Shown piece after piece: positions 1 through 9,613 of a stretch of DNA of 64,000 nucleotides. The stretch comes from Candidatus Hydrogenedentota bacterium (GTDB taxonomy: Bacteria > Hydrogenedentota > Hydrogenedentia > Hydrogenedentales > SLHB01): NCBI GenBank assembly GCA_963674865.2, contig CAXXYE010000004.1, positions 224,001 through 288,000 of the forward strand, read 5' to 3'. The notes below the pieces were generated by a model. It saw nothing but the letters and a program-made list of their open reading frames with translations. It did no database searches and was not told where the DNA came from. The position numbers and the translations under genes were made by a program. How positions within the stretch are numbered: the stretch's first letter is position 1; every line of letters begins with the position of its first letter.

Positions 1-275
1 ATTTCAATGCGCCGGCCGGGACGTCGGAACCCTGGCGCATCTTTACAGACAAGGGATACAAGGACGCATGGCTTGAGGCGGGCAAGCGCATCGGCCCGGA
101 AGGCACCTTCGGCCGGTTTGGCGCTCCCAGGGAAGGCGACACGAACCGCATCGACTGGATCCTTCTCCGCGGGCACTTCCAGGCCGCCGACTGTGAAACC
201 GTCCTCTACAACGAAGACGGCTGGTATCCGTCCGACCACTACCCGGTTGTGGCAAACCTGATCCTCACGCCCTAG
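1..275 (+). CDS. Endonuclease/exonuclease/phosphatase (EEP) family protein, 3' part (runs off the window start)
   Basis: Not in the ORF track. The frame starting at nt 3 reads FNAPAGTSEPW...NRIDWILLRG...YPSDHYPVVANLILTP* (TAG 273-275). (GD)FN, RIDWI and SDHYPV are EEP-family motifs. Confidence 0.85.
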   Translation, partial: FNAPAGTSEPWRIFTDKGYKDAWLEAGKRIGPEGTFGRFGAPREGDTNRIDWILLRGHFQAADCETVLYNEDGWYPSDHYPVVANLILTP

Positions 276-403
276 CAGAGCGGCTGCCCCGGCCTCTAGA
301 GTTTTGACTCATAACTGACGTTGCTTATCTGCAGATGAAAAAGCGCCAACAAGAAGCGAAAACCGGGATTGACACAAGCGGAGCGAAGCGAAGACGTGTC
401 TGT

Positions 404-554
404 GGAGCTGTTGAAGAAGTCGCAATCGCTCCAGAGGTTGAGCGAAACACCGGGACTGTCCCAAGCGGAGTCCGCCGTAGGCGGACGCAGACGGGACTGT
501 CCCAGGTCCTTTCGCGGCCTGCGTCCGGCAACTCTGGACTTTTTCAACGGCCCC
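404..554. mobile_element. Putative MITE (151 bp, non-coding)
   Basis: 18-bp terminal inverted repeats GGAGCTGTTGAAGAAGTC (404-421) and GACTTTTTCAACGGCCCC (537-554) match at 15/18. The element is flanked by a TCTGT direct repeat (399-403 and 555-559). Confidence 0.7.
452..503. repeat. REP-like palindrome unit inside the MITE
   Basis: GGGACTGTCCC at 452-462 and 493-503 flanks the hairpin GTCCGCC-GTA-GGCGGAC (470-486). Confidence 0.7.
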
Positions 555-621
555 TCTGTCCCTGCTTTTCGCCGTTGTATGAGCGGCGCTTGCGTCTGAT
601 GGTGGCATCACCGCGCAGTTC

Positions 622-1381
622 CTATTCCTTCTCACCCACGGCGACCAAGCGACGGGCGTTCTGATCGTAGGGCGTGCCGTCAAGGCTGCCATAGAGCCGG
701 ACTTCACGGAAGCCGGCCTCCCGGAGGCGCTCCTTCAACTCCTGGCCCGAGTAGATGGTATGGGAGATGGTGTAGCTCTTCGCCCGGCCCTTGCGGATGA
801 GCATCCACTCGCTCCGAATGCGTGTCCAATCATCGAGGATCTCTTGATGCCGGACGATGGTGGAGCCATCAGGGAGACGCTCAGACATGATCGGCTCGAG
901 TATCTTCGCCAACCATTCCTTCCCGACACTCTCTATCACGAGCGTGCCTTGAGGCTTCAGGCAGGTGAATATGTTTCGCAGGACGGTCCGATCTTCTTCC
1001 TTCTCGTCGAAGTAGCCGAATGATGTGAACATATTGATCGCCAAATCGAAGGCCCCCGGCCGCACGAAGTCGCGCATATCCTGTTCTATCCATTCGATCT
1101 TGGCCTTCGCCGCCCGCGCACGAGCCTTGCCCTTCTCCAGGAGGAGGGGCGTCTTGTCCACGCCCGTGACGGCGAATCCCCTTTGCGCTAGGGGGATGGC
1201 GCACCGGCCCGGCCCGCAGCAGAGATCAAGCACCGCCTTACCCTTGGACTGCGTCAACGCGAGGAGCTTGTCCACCTCGCCCTCGGCTTCCGCGAAGCGC
1301 TCCTCCGAAAACATGGACGGATAGAAATCCCGCCAAAACCCTTCCCTGTCAAAACCACTCCCGCTTACGACGTCTCCCCAT
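622..1381 (-). CDS. Class I SAM-dependent methyltransferase (one-base frameshift near the 5' end)
   Basis: VLDLCCGPGR motif I, plus DMRD and FDLAINMFTSFGYF. AAGGAG precedes an ATG at 1381, which reads MGRRRKREWF and joins the main frame (DREGFW...) only if one T of the T4 run at 1351-1354 is skipped. Confidence 0.85.
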
Positions 1382-1478
1382 GTGGCGTGTCTCCTTTGTG
1401 AAAAGGGGCGCCTTATGCGCATCGACATTGTGGCGGATTCGCCGCCTGCTTCCCCCAATTCCGTGAGCCACTCAGCCC

Positions 1479-2081
1479 TTATCCGCCGATGCACCATCGA
1501 AGGGTGTAAGCGAGATATACGAACAATGGCGTCATGAATGCCACGGCCGCCAGGTACGTCGGCAGATGCTTGAGGGAGAAGGAACTCCCCGAGGTGGAGA
1601 GAATGACGACGCCAAAGAAGTTGAACACCGACAGAAACGCGCCCAAGAGCGCCAGCCCGACGGATGACCACACCATTTGGCCGTTTACCAGCTTACAGAG
1701 CACCAAGGCGAGAACCAGCGTGATGCCGTAGTACAACGCGACCTCGTAAATCAGCGTCTCCGCGGCGGTGCGGTAGGCGTAGTCCGTTTTGTTCAGCACA
1801 AGGCGCCCTTCCGCATGAGCGCCGGACTCCGTTTCGCAGACGAAAGAAGGCTTGTAGCGCGCCTTGACCACGCGCGCGATGACTTCGTAGACGATGGCCC
1901 CGAACGCCAGATAGGCCACGGTTCTCAAGGCCTGCGAAGGCACGGCGGAGGCGACGGAGGAGTCGACGAGCGACATGAGGTAGAGGTTCGCCGCGTACGC
2001 CCCCGCCCGAATAGAGCCGGCCAGATAGCGGCTCACGGCGCGCATCCAGGCACTGTCGGCCAGGCTATCGTGATGCTCCAC
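1479..2081 (-). CDS. Hypothetical integral membrane protein
   Basis: 200-aa ORF with about 5 hydrophobic segments. GGAG lies upstream of the GTG start. Confidence 0.65.
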   Translation of the reverse strand: MEHHDSLADSAWMRAVSRYLAGSIRAGAYAANLYLMSLVDSSVASAVPSQALRTVAYLAFGAIVYEVIARVVKARYKPSFVCETESGAHAEGRLVLNKTDYAYRTAAETLIYEVALYYGITLVLALVLCKLVNGQMVWSSVGLALLGAFLSVFNFFGVVILSTSGSSFSLKHLPTYLAAVAFMTPLFVYLAYTLRWCIGG

Positions 2082-2196
2082 TCGCCAGCTCCGTGGCTTG
2101 AACCTTCGCTGTCCCAGTTTGCACTATTATGGCATAGAAAAGTGGGCAGTACGGAGAGAACTTACACCCGCCCGAATGCTCCGGCCTGGCCCATTT

Positions 2197-3608
2197 TCAG
2201 GCCTCAAACGCTGGGGATGTCTGGCTTCTATCCTCTTCGAGTTGATGGACGAGGAGCGCTGGATCGAGTTCGCGCGGCGTGGCGTTTTCGCGGAGGCTCA
2301 GCGCGGCGGCGGCGCCCGCCGCCTGGCCGGTCGCCATGCACGTCTGCTGGATTCGCAGGCTGGCCTGGGCAAGGTGGCTTGATGAGACGCACCGGCCGGC
2401 CATCAGCAAGTTATCGACCTCTTGGGCGACGATGGGCGCCGTAGGGAATGTCGAAGTAGTCGCCCTGCCCGCATACGCTCCTCGCGCTCCCCGTAGGCCG
2501 GATCGTCTCGCGGCACCGCGGCCTTGCTGTAGCTGTTGGCGGGCCAGACGTCGATATCCCATGAGCAGCGTGCGATGCCTTCGCCCGGCTGTTTCCGGAA
2601 ACTCCAGGCGTCCTCATCCGACACCGTCGCCAATCCACGGAGTCGGCGCGATGAGCGCACGCCGATCTGGTTCGACGTGTCGAGCAGATAGGCGTCTTCG
2701 CAGCCCGGCACGAAGCGCCGGAATGCCTCAGCGCCCTGACGCGCCTGCTCGCGGCCTTCCCGCTCCGCGCGCGTCAGCTCCCACGGATCGAGCGGATCGA
2801 TTTCGAGCACACGGCTGATCAGGGAAAGCGTCTCCGTTCGCGGCTTGGGCAGTTCCCACAGCCACGACCGGACGTAGTTAAGAAACCGCGTCTTCTCGAC
2901 CAGCACCGGCGCGTCGAACTCGCCCCGGGCGATGGCCGACGTCAATTCCTCCTCGATGCGCTCAAGCGCGTCCTCGTCTGGCCAGTCCGCCGGCCGTTGG
3001 GCGTTGCCAAGTCGAAGCATCTTGGTGAGCGCCATGGCCCACGGATGTTCGCCGTCGCCTTGCTCCCAAGGGACGCCCGATTGTGCCGCGACGATGCCGT
3101 CGCCGGAACAGTCGATCACACGCTCCGCGAGTACGGCGCGCCGGCCCGCCCGCGTCTCGACGAACACGCCGTTGGCCTTGCCCTCCTCCAATAGGCACGT
3201 GCAGGCGTACGCGTGATGGAGGATGGCCGCCCCGGCCTCCGACACGAGTTCGTCCCACACGAACTTCACCTGCTCGGGATCGACGACGCTGCGGATCTGC
3301 CCGCGTTTGGGACATCGCATGAATGGCCTCACGGCATTGCGTTGGCGCAGTCCATGGATATACTCGTGCCAGATGCCCTGGAAATCGGCCCCGTTCGTGC
3401 TCAGGATCACGCACACCAACTGCGCTACCGTCGCCCCGCCGAGATAGCCGTCCTTCTCGATCAGGAGCGTGTTTGCGCCATGGCGGGCCGATGCGACGGC
3501 CGCGGCGCAGCCGGCGGGCCCACCGCCGCATACGACCACATCGTAAGCGCCCAGGACGGGGACGTCGTTGGCAGGTTCAGGATAGGTTTGGGATGTGTTC
3601 CTCAACAT
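2197..3608 (-). CDS. FAD-dependent oxidoreductase (two +1 indels near 2435-2466)
   Basis: N-terminal YDVVVCGGGPAG and IDCSGDG. The C-terminal motifs YFDIPYGA and DNLLMAGRCVS...CMATGQAAG lie in two successive shifted frames. Confidence 0.85.
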
Positions 3609-3659
3609 TCTCTCCGATACCTTGAGCCGCGTGACTCAGCCTGCGGCGATCTCAGGTTC

Positions 3660-4532
3660 CTACACATCGACACCCAGGAAGGCGCGCAGTACATAGCCGA
3701 CGAGAAAGCTGAAGCCTGCCACGCCGAAGCTCACGCCGGCCATCTCGAAAAAGCGCTTCTTGAAGGACTCGTCTTGCGCTACGGATACGTAGTAGTTGAA
3801 AAAGGCGATGATGAGCACGGCCGCCCCGAGAGTCCAGCCCAGGCAGATATAGTAATTGTCGAGCATTAGGTACGGCGCCACGAGTGTGAGAACGGTAATG
3901 ATGTAGGCCACGCCTGTGTAAACCGACGCCCGCAGCGGCTCTTTGGTGGTGTCTTCGGCCTTTGTGGAGAGGTATTCCGAGGCGCCCATGGATAACGCCG
4001 CGGCAATTCCCGTGATCGACCCCGTCAGGGCGATCAGGCGCGTATTCTGGAGGGCCAGCGTCAGTCCTGCCAAGGCCCCCGTCAACTCGACCAGCGCATC
4101 GTTCAAGCCCAGGACAATGGAGCCGACATAGCGCAGGCGCTCCTCGTCAAGCATGCCCAGCAGCGCCTGTTCGTGATCATTCTCGTCGTGCGCGATGGCG
4201 GCGGACGCCTCGATAGTGTCTTCGAGTTGGCTGTAGTTGACCTGCGCCCCTTCCTCGCCCCGCTCCATCAGCTTCACTCCGAAGGTGAAGCCGAATACGC
4301 GACTGACGAGATAGTAGAACCACACCTTGACGCGATCCGGCTGCACATCTGCTTCAGTGTAGTTCTTCCACTCTTTGTAATGCCGGAGTTCATCAGCCGC
4401 GATATCCGCGAGGACCTTGCTGTTGTCCGGGCACTTCACGGCGGAGGCGAGCTTCTTGTAGATATGGTGCTCGGTGATTTCGTTGCGCTGATAGCTGAGA
4501 AGTTGTTGGCGTAGTTCGTCGGTAATCGCCAT
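3660..4532 (-). CDS. VIT1/CCC1 family transporter with N-terminal rubrerythrin/ferritin-like domain
   Basis: ExxH motifs (DELRH, DENDH), then VLGLNDALVE and AAALSMGASEYLS. The start was taken at MAITDE. Confidence 0.85.
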   Translation of the reverse strand: MAITDELRQQLLSYQRNEITEHHIYKKLASAVKCPDNSKVLADIAADELRHYKEWKNYTEADVQPDRVKVWFYYLVSRVFGFTFGVKLMERGEEGAQVNYSQLEDTIEASAAIAHDENDHEQALLGMLDEERLRYVGSIVLGLNDALVELTGALAGLTLALQNTRLIALTGSITGIAAALSMGASEYLSTKAEDTTKEPLRASVYTGVAYIITVLTLVAPYLMLDNYYICLGWTLGAAVLIIAFFNYYVSVAQDESFKKRFFEMAGVSFGVAGFSFLVGYVLRAFLGVDV

Positions 4533-4578
4533 GCTTCCATCCCTACTCCGGCGCGCTTGCCCGCGCCGGGCGAGCCGC

Positions 4579-5238
4579 TTACCGCTTCTCCGGGAAGTAG
4601 TGGCCTTCAATGAGCGCGCAGAACGTGTGGTAGAGAACCAGATGCGCTTCCTGGATCACCTTGGTTGAATCGCCGGGCGCTTTGATGGCGATGTCGGCGA
4701 AGCCGGCCATCTTACCGCCCTTCGGCCCCGTCATCGAAACGACGGTGGCGCCCATAGCCTTGGCTATCGACATGGCCATCAGGCAGTTACCGGCATTGCC
4801 CGAGGTAGAGATGCCCATGACCACGTCCCCGGGCCGGACCTTCGCGTAGGTTTCCTGCGCGAAGGCGATATCGCGCATGGGGGAGTCGTTCTCGACGGCG
4901 GTCTTCAAGGAGCTGTTAAGGCCTAGGGCAACCGCGGGCAGCCCCACTTCGAGATACGCCGCCAGTTCCTCGCCGAAAGGAAGCTCCTTGAGCTTCTTGG
5001 CTACCTCCGCGGGGACGGGGCGCTTGCGCTCGAAACTCTTTTCGAGTTCGCCCACGATATGCACGGCATCCGCACAGCTTCCGCCATTCCCGCACACCAG
5101 GAACTGGCCGCCGCCGTCGTAGGCCTTCACCAACGCCGCGTGCAGCGCCAGGAGACTGTCAACGCACCCCGCCAAGTCCGGCCGGCGGGCCAGCGTCTCA
5201 TCGAGAATCTCTTGTTCAACAGGTAGTAACGCGCCCAA
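4579..5238 (-). CDS. SIS-domain sugar-phosphate isomerase, GmhA-like
   Basis: CGNGGSCADA, GISTSGN and IQEAHL motifs. Confidence 0.85.
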   Translation of the reverse strand: MGALLPVEQEILDETLARRPDLAGCVDSLLALHAALVKAYDGGGQFLVCGNGGSCADAVHIVGELEKSFERKRPVPAEVAKKLKELPFGEELAAYLEVGLPAVALGLNSSLKTAVENDSPMRDIAFAQETYAKVRPGDVVMGISTSGNAGNCLMAMSIAKAMGATVVSMTGPKGGKMAGFADIAIKAPGDSTKVIQEAHLVLYHTFCALIEGHYFPEKR

Positions 5239-5292
5239 AATCCGTAACCTCCCATACGATCCGCCGCCCCTGATGCCACGGGGCCACCGGAC

Positions 5293-6450
5293 TCAGACTC
5301 GGCCCGTTTTCGCTTCACCGCGCTTCTTCCAGTCATCCTCCGGCTCGATGCCTTCTAGGCGTTGCAGGAGCATTAGTAGGAAGTCCCGGTTGTCCGCCGT
5401 CATGTAACGCATCGTGCCGCCCATGCGAGCGAAAGTCTTGTTGTACCTGAGGTAGTAGTCGGGATTGTCTTCGGGCGGCTCGCCCTGTGTCCAGTCCCAA
5501 TGAGACTCCTGCAAGTCCGCGATAACCATGTAGTGGTTGTCGATGTGTCCGCCCCGCTGCATCGTGAGGTTCTGCGCCATCGACAACGACTTCTCGAACA
5601 CCATAGGCGACATCACCGCCGAGCCGAGCGACATGTACACGCCGCCATCCAGGTTCATGACGTTGTTCGCAAACGCCAGGAAGTCGCGCTGCGCCGTGCG
5701 CCCGATGGCCGCGCAATGGTTCATCGGATGCACGTAGATGATATCGTGGCCGATCATCGGATGGCTGGTGAAGGGCACGCCAAACCGGTACGCGGCGGAC
5801 TGCACGCCGTAGCGCTTGTACGGATGCGGTATCCCCAGCCAGCCCGGTTTGAGGTCGAAGCCTTCCAGGATCTTGAGCATATCGCAGGCCGCGGCCGCTC
5901 GCTCCGGATCCGCGTCGATTTGATCCGCGACGACCTCCTTGAGCGCCGCCTTCGACGGAATCTCACAGCCTTCGAGTTCGACGAATTTGCCCACCGATTC
6001 GCCGTATCCGAGCCCCTCATAGGCGCCCATGTTGATGGCCAGATTCAAGTACGTGCCTGTTTCTTGCCATACGCCGAACTGCCCCTGGCTAACGTTCGCC
6101 CGGACGTCTTCGCTGCTGCACCCCTGATACGCGAATTCCCAGTCGTGAATGATCCCCGCGCCGTTCGTGGCGAGATGTGTCACCCAGCCCGTCTCCATGA
6201 GCTTCACCAGCACAGGCCCAAGGCCATTCTTGATGGTGTGGGCGCCGAAGGCAAGCATGCGGGAGCGCCCTGTCTCGCGCGCCTGGCGCATGTGGCCGAG
6301 CAACTCCGCCATCACGGCCTCGCCATGCTCGGAGAGGGCCCGTGGCCGTGCCGTCAACGGGATGGCGTCACGTTCTATGAAGACTTTGTTCTTGCGCTCA
6401 TCGAGCGGCTTGATCTTCAGTTGATGCCGGTTCAACTGGGGAAAAGGCAT
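5293..6450 (-). CDS. Conserved hypothetical protein, deoxyhypusine-synthase-like fold
   Basis: GAHTIKNGL, HLATNGAGIIHD and LGSAVMSP segments recall DHS-like NAD-binding proteins. The start MPFPQ follows AAGGA. Confidence 0.55.
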   Translation of the reverse strand: MPFPQLNRHQLKIKPLDERKNKVFIERDAIPLTARPRALSEHGEAVMAELLGHMRQARETGRSRMLAFGAHTIKNGLGPVLVKLMETGWVTHLATNGAGIIHDWEFAYQGCSSEDVRANVSQGQFGVWQETGTYLNLAINMGAYEGLGYGESVGKFVELEGCEIPSKAALKEVVADQIDADPERAAAACDMLKILEGFDLKPGWLGIPHPYKRYGVQSAAYRFGVPFTSHPMIGHDIIYVHPMNHCAAIGRTAQRDFLAFANNVMNLDGGVYMSLGSAVMSPMVFEKSLSMAQNLTMQRGGHIDNHYMVIADLQESHWDWTQGEPPEDNPDYYLRYNKTFARMGGTMRYMTADNRDFLLMLLQRLEGIEPEDDWKKRGEAKTGRV

Positions 6451-6482
6451 AGCACATTCCTTCGGTTGTGGTGGCGCGTATC

Positions 6483-9266
6483 TTAGACGGCGAACTCGAC
6501 GGTGATGATCTTCTTTTTCGGCGCCTTGACCTTGATCGCGTCGCCCTTCGGCTCCAGTTTCTCGCGGCGATCCTCGTTCAGATTCGTCAGCCAGGCTTTC
6601 TTGACAGGCTTCCATACCTTCAAGGTTGCCGTGACGGCCTTCGCTTCGGGATTGAAGAAGCGCACAACGTAGGTGCTCTTGCGATCTTCGGCGCGTTTGA
6701 AAGAAGTGAGCTGCAGGTTGCCGCCCTTCAACTCAAGAAAGCTCATCGATTTCGGCAGTGTACCCTTGTGCGGGCCTACCTGTGCCGCCTCGATGGGGAG
6801 GTTCAGATCTTCCGCTTCCTCGAAGACGCCATTCGTCCAGTCGCCCTCATGCGGATAGATGGCGTAGCTCCACTCGTGAGGCCCGATGCACTGCGCGAGG
6901 TCCATCTCCGGATACACCTCGAACCGGCCGAAAATAGGGCAATTCCGGTAGGTAAACGCCCGGAATAGCGTAATCGCCAGCGGACGCTCGGGCGTGTCCA
7001 TCGCTTCATACTCGCGAATGCCCTTATTAACGATGGCGAATCCCATCTTGTCGTCGGACATGTCGACGAAGCGGTACATGGGATACTGTGGATTCGGACG
7101 GCCGTAGTAGGCATTGCCCTTTTTCACGTGGATATCGCGTGAGATCACATCGAAGGCCGCCTCGCTGTCGGTGGTGTCCGTCTTGAGGCGTGTAGGGAAG
7201 ACCACTCGCAGCCGGTGATTCCGGCACTGGTTGTCCACCGACGTAGTGACGTCCAGCCGCTTGGCGCCGGCGCGTAGCGTGAACCGGCTTGTCACGACCA
7301 GGTCCTTGACCTCCTTGGTTCGCGAGGTGTGATCCATGAAGGCTTCGCGGAACTGCGCCGTCAGCTCATCCTCGATGCCCGCCGGGACCTGCATGCGGTA
7401 CTCGACGCGCATCCGCGCAAACAGCGGCCCGGCCTCTTCGAGTTCGATGCTGCAAGGGAAGCCGTGCGAGGTGATGACACGGTTATCGTCCGGCTCGACG
7501 TGGATCCACGTGTGGCCCGTCTCGCCGCTGTCTTCCAGATAGTGGATGTTCTCATAGGTGTGCCCCGTCGCGCGATGCGTGAGGTTCAGCGTGCCGTCGC
7601 TGTTGAACTCGACGCGCAGGTGCTCATTCTGGAGGACATTGGTTTCAGGTGCCAGCGTATCCGGCGTGTTCTGCGTCCGTTCCTCGCGAACAATGTGATA
7701 TGTCTTGTATCCGAAGGCGGGGATATCGTCCACTTCCACGTGGCACCGCGCCCGCTTCGAGTTGAGTTCTATCGAGATATCCTGGAGATTGCGGACGAGC
7801 GTGCTCCAGTCGTAGGGCGTCTTCTGCTGGACACGTCGCTTCTTCCCATCCGGCGTCTCGATGCTGAACGACTCGTAGCCCATGCCCGCGGGCATGTCGA
7901 TCAAGCACGAGATGACGCCGCTTCGCGGAAAGGGGCAGGGATTGAACACCGTGAGCACGGCGTCCTTCTCCGAGAGATCCGAGTTATCGACCTGGATCTG
8001 CACGGCCTGCATGCCCCGGCGCGCCAGGCCCTCGCTGATGATATCCACCTGATCGTACCGGAAGAGCGAATCCTTCTCCATCTGATCGATGCCCGCGCCC
8101 GTGATCGTGTCGTGCGGATGGTTGTCGAGAAGGAAACGCCAGGCCCGATCCAGGGCCGTCTTCTCGTAGCGGCCGCCCACCATCGAGCCGATAGCGCTCC
8201 ACGGCTCCGCGAGTCGCTGCAGATTGACCTCGGCGCGATGATTCGCCCGGCGCAGGCGCGTCCGCGCGCTCAACACGTCGCCCATCAGATGCGTCCAATT
8301 GCCCGTCGAGCCCGGATCCCGGCTCTCACCCGTCAGCAGCGTCGGATTCTTGACCTCCTTGCGCATCGCCTCCATGTAATCCGCGAGGCTCGAAAACTTG
8401 ATCTCATGCTCCGGCAGCATCTTCTGGCACATCTTCATGATCTTTGACTCTTCCGGATCTGGATTTGACGTATCGAAGCCCTGCATCGAGCAGATGTGCC
8501 GCGTCGTGAAATGCTCGGACTCGTCCCGCACCAACTTCTGGAGCTGTTCGGGGATCGGCCCGTCATTCCACTGCTTCTTCTTGTCGTCGAGCACGTAGTA
8601 ATGCTCGCGGGGCCGGCCATCCGTGGCAAGCCGGAACGGCGCCGCGCCCCGATCCCAATCGTACCGCGCGAAGACGTCATCCGAGCCGTACCGGAGCACG
8701 CGGTAGATGTAGACGTAGTAGCTGAACCGGCTCATGCAGCCGAAGCGCATGCCCAGCAGGCGCGAGCCGTCCGGCCCCTCCACAACGTACTCGCAATGGG
8801 GCGTATTGATGCCGCGATAAAAGATGATCGTGTCGATGTCGAATCCGTTGTAGATCTGCGGCATCTGCGAGGTCTGGCCGTATCCGAAAGGCGTGTAGCC
8901 CGTCTTGCACACCTTCCCGTAGGACTGAGCGACCCGGTGTCCCACGACGAGATTTCGCACCGTGGATTCCCCGCTCACCAGATACTCTTCCGGCAGCGAG
9001 TACCACGGCCCCACAATGAGCCGGCCCGACTTCACGTGCTTCTCGATGGTTGCCCGCTTTTCGGGGCGGAGTTCGAGGTAGTCCTCTACGCAGACGGTCT
9101 GTGAGTCCATCGTGAACGAGTGAAACTCGGGATCTTTGTCGAGCAGGTCGAGTAATTCGTCCATGAAATCCAGCAGCAACAGCCGCGTTTCCTCGAATGG
9201 ATAGCCCCATTCGCGATCCCAGTGCGAGTTGCTGACAACGTGGATGACTTTTCGCTCCTCAGGCAT
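6483..9266 (-). CDS. Glycoside hydrolase family 38 (alpha-mannosidase-like)
   Basis: SHWDREW, VGPWY and HPHDTITG motifs. GGAGGAGG precedes MPEERK. Confidence 0.9.
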   Translation of the reverse strand: MPEERKVIHVVSNSHWDREWGYPFEETRLLLLDFMDELLDLLDKDPEFHSFTMDSQTVCVEDYLELRPEKRATIEKHVKSGRLIVGPWYSLPEEYLVSGESTVRNLVVGHRVAQSYGKVCKTGYTPFGYGQTSQMPQIYNGFDIDTIIFYRGINTPHCEYVVEGPDGSRLLGMRFGCMSRFSYYVYIYRVLRYGSDDVFARYDWDRGAAPFRLATDGRPREHYYVLDDKKKQWNDGPIPEQLQKLVRDESEHFTTRHICSMQGFDTSNPDPEESKIMKMCQKMLPEHEIKFSSLADYMEAMRKEVKNPTLLTGESRDPGSTGNWTHLMGDVLSARTRLRRANHRAEVNLQRLAEPWSAIGSMVGGRYEKTALDRAWRFLLDNHPHDTITGAGIDQMEKDSLFRYDQVDIISEGLARRGMQAVQIQVDNSDLSEKDAVLTVFNPCPFPRSGVISCLIDMPAGMGYESFSIETPDGKKRRVQQKTPYDWSTLVRNLQDISIELNSKRARCHVEVDDIPAFGYKTYHIVREERTQNTPDTLAPETNVLQNEHLRVEFNSDGTLNLTHRATGHTYENIHYLEDSGETGHTWIHVEPDDNRVITSHGFPCSIELEEAGPLFARMRVEYRMQVPAGIEDELTAQFREAFMDHTSRTKEVKDLVVTSRFTLRAGAKRLDVTTSVDNQCRNHRLRVVFPTRLKTDTTDSEAAFDVISRDIHVKKGNAYYGRPNPQYPMYRFVDMSDDKMGFAIVNKGIREYEAMDTPERPLAITLFRAFTYRNCPIFGRFEVYPEMDLAQCIGPHEWSYAIYPHEGDWTNGVFEEAEDLNLPIEAAQVGPHKGTLPKSMSFLELKGGNLQLTSFKRAEDRKSTYVVRFFNPEAKAVTATLKVWKPVKKAWLTNLNEDRREKLEPKGDAIKVKAPKKKIITVEFAV

Positions 9267-9613
9267 GACTTCCTCCTCCGCCAAGAATACCCATGAAACC
9301 GCCCGATTCTACCACGGGGAAATGGTGATTAACAGGATTCTCTCGCGCCGTGAATACCGACTAGTCCGACGAGACTTCACGCACAAAAGTGCGGCTTTGG
9401 ACAGCCGGAGGTTCTATCGTCAAGTTGAACCGCGAAGTAGGTTCTGCCACGGCAGGGCTATCTAGATCATCGAGGCTCGCTATTGGGAATACAGCGGAGC
9501 CATTCTCTTCAATCAGTAGTCCTGCAAGTGATCTGATGAGCTATCGATAGTCTTCAAGAAATGCCGCCGGCCCGTTCTATCCAGCTGTTTTCTCATGCGG
9601 GGGTACCTGGCAA

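Noticed and set aside
296..318. CTAGAGTTTTGACTCATAACTG as an IS end
   Set aside because: No matching inverted partner found nearby.
452..503. Possible CRISPR mini-arrays (here and at 23823-24005)
   Set aside because: Only two repeat copies each, unsuitable repeat or spacer lengths, and no cas genes.
1382..1671. N-terminal extension of the 349-aa methyltransferase ORF in the track
   Set aside because: It overlaps the upstream membrane gene and is non-homologous. The RBS-supported ATG at 1381 explains the gene better.
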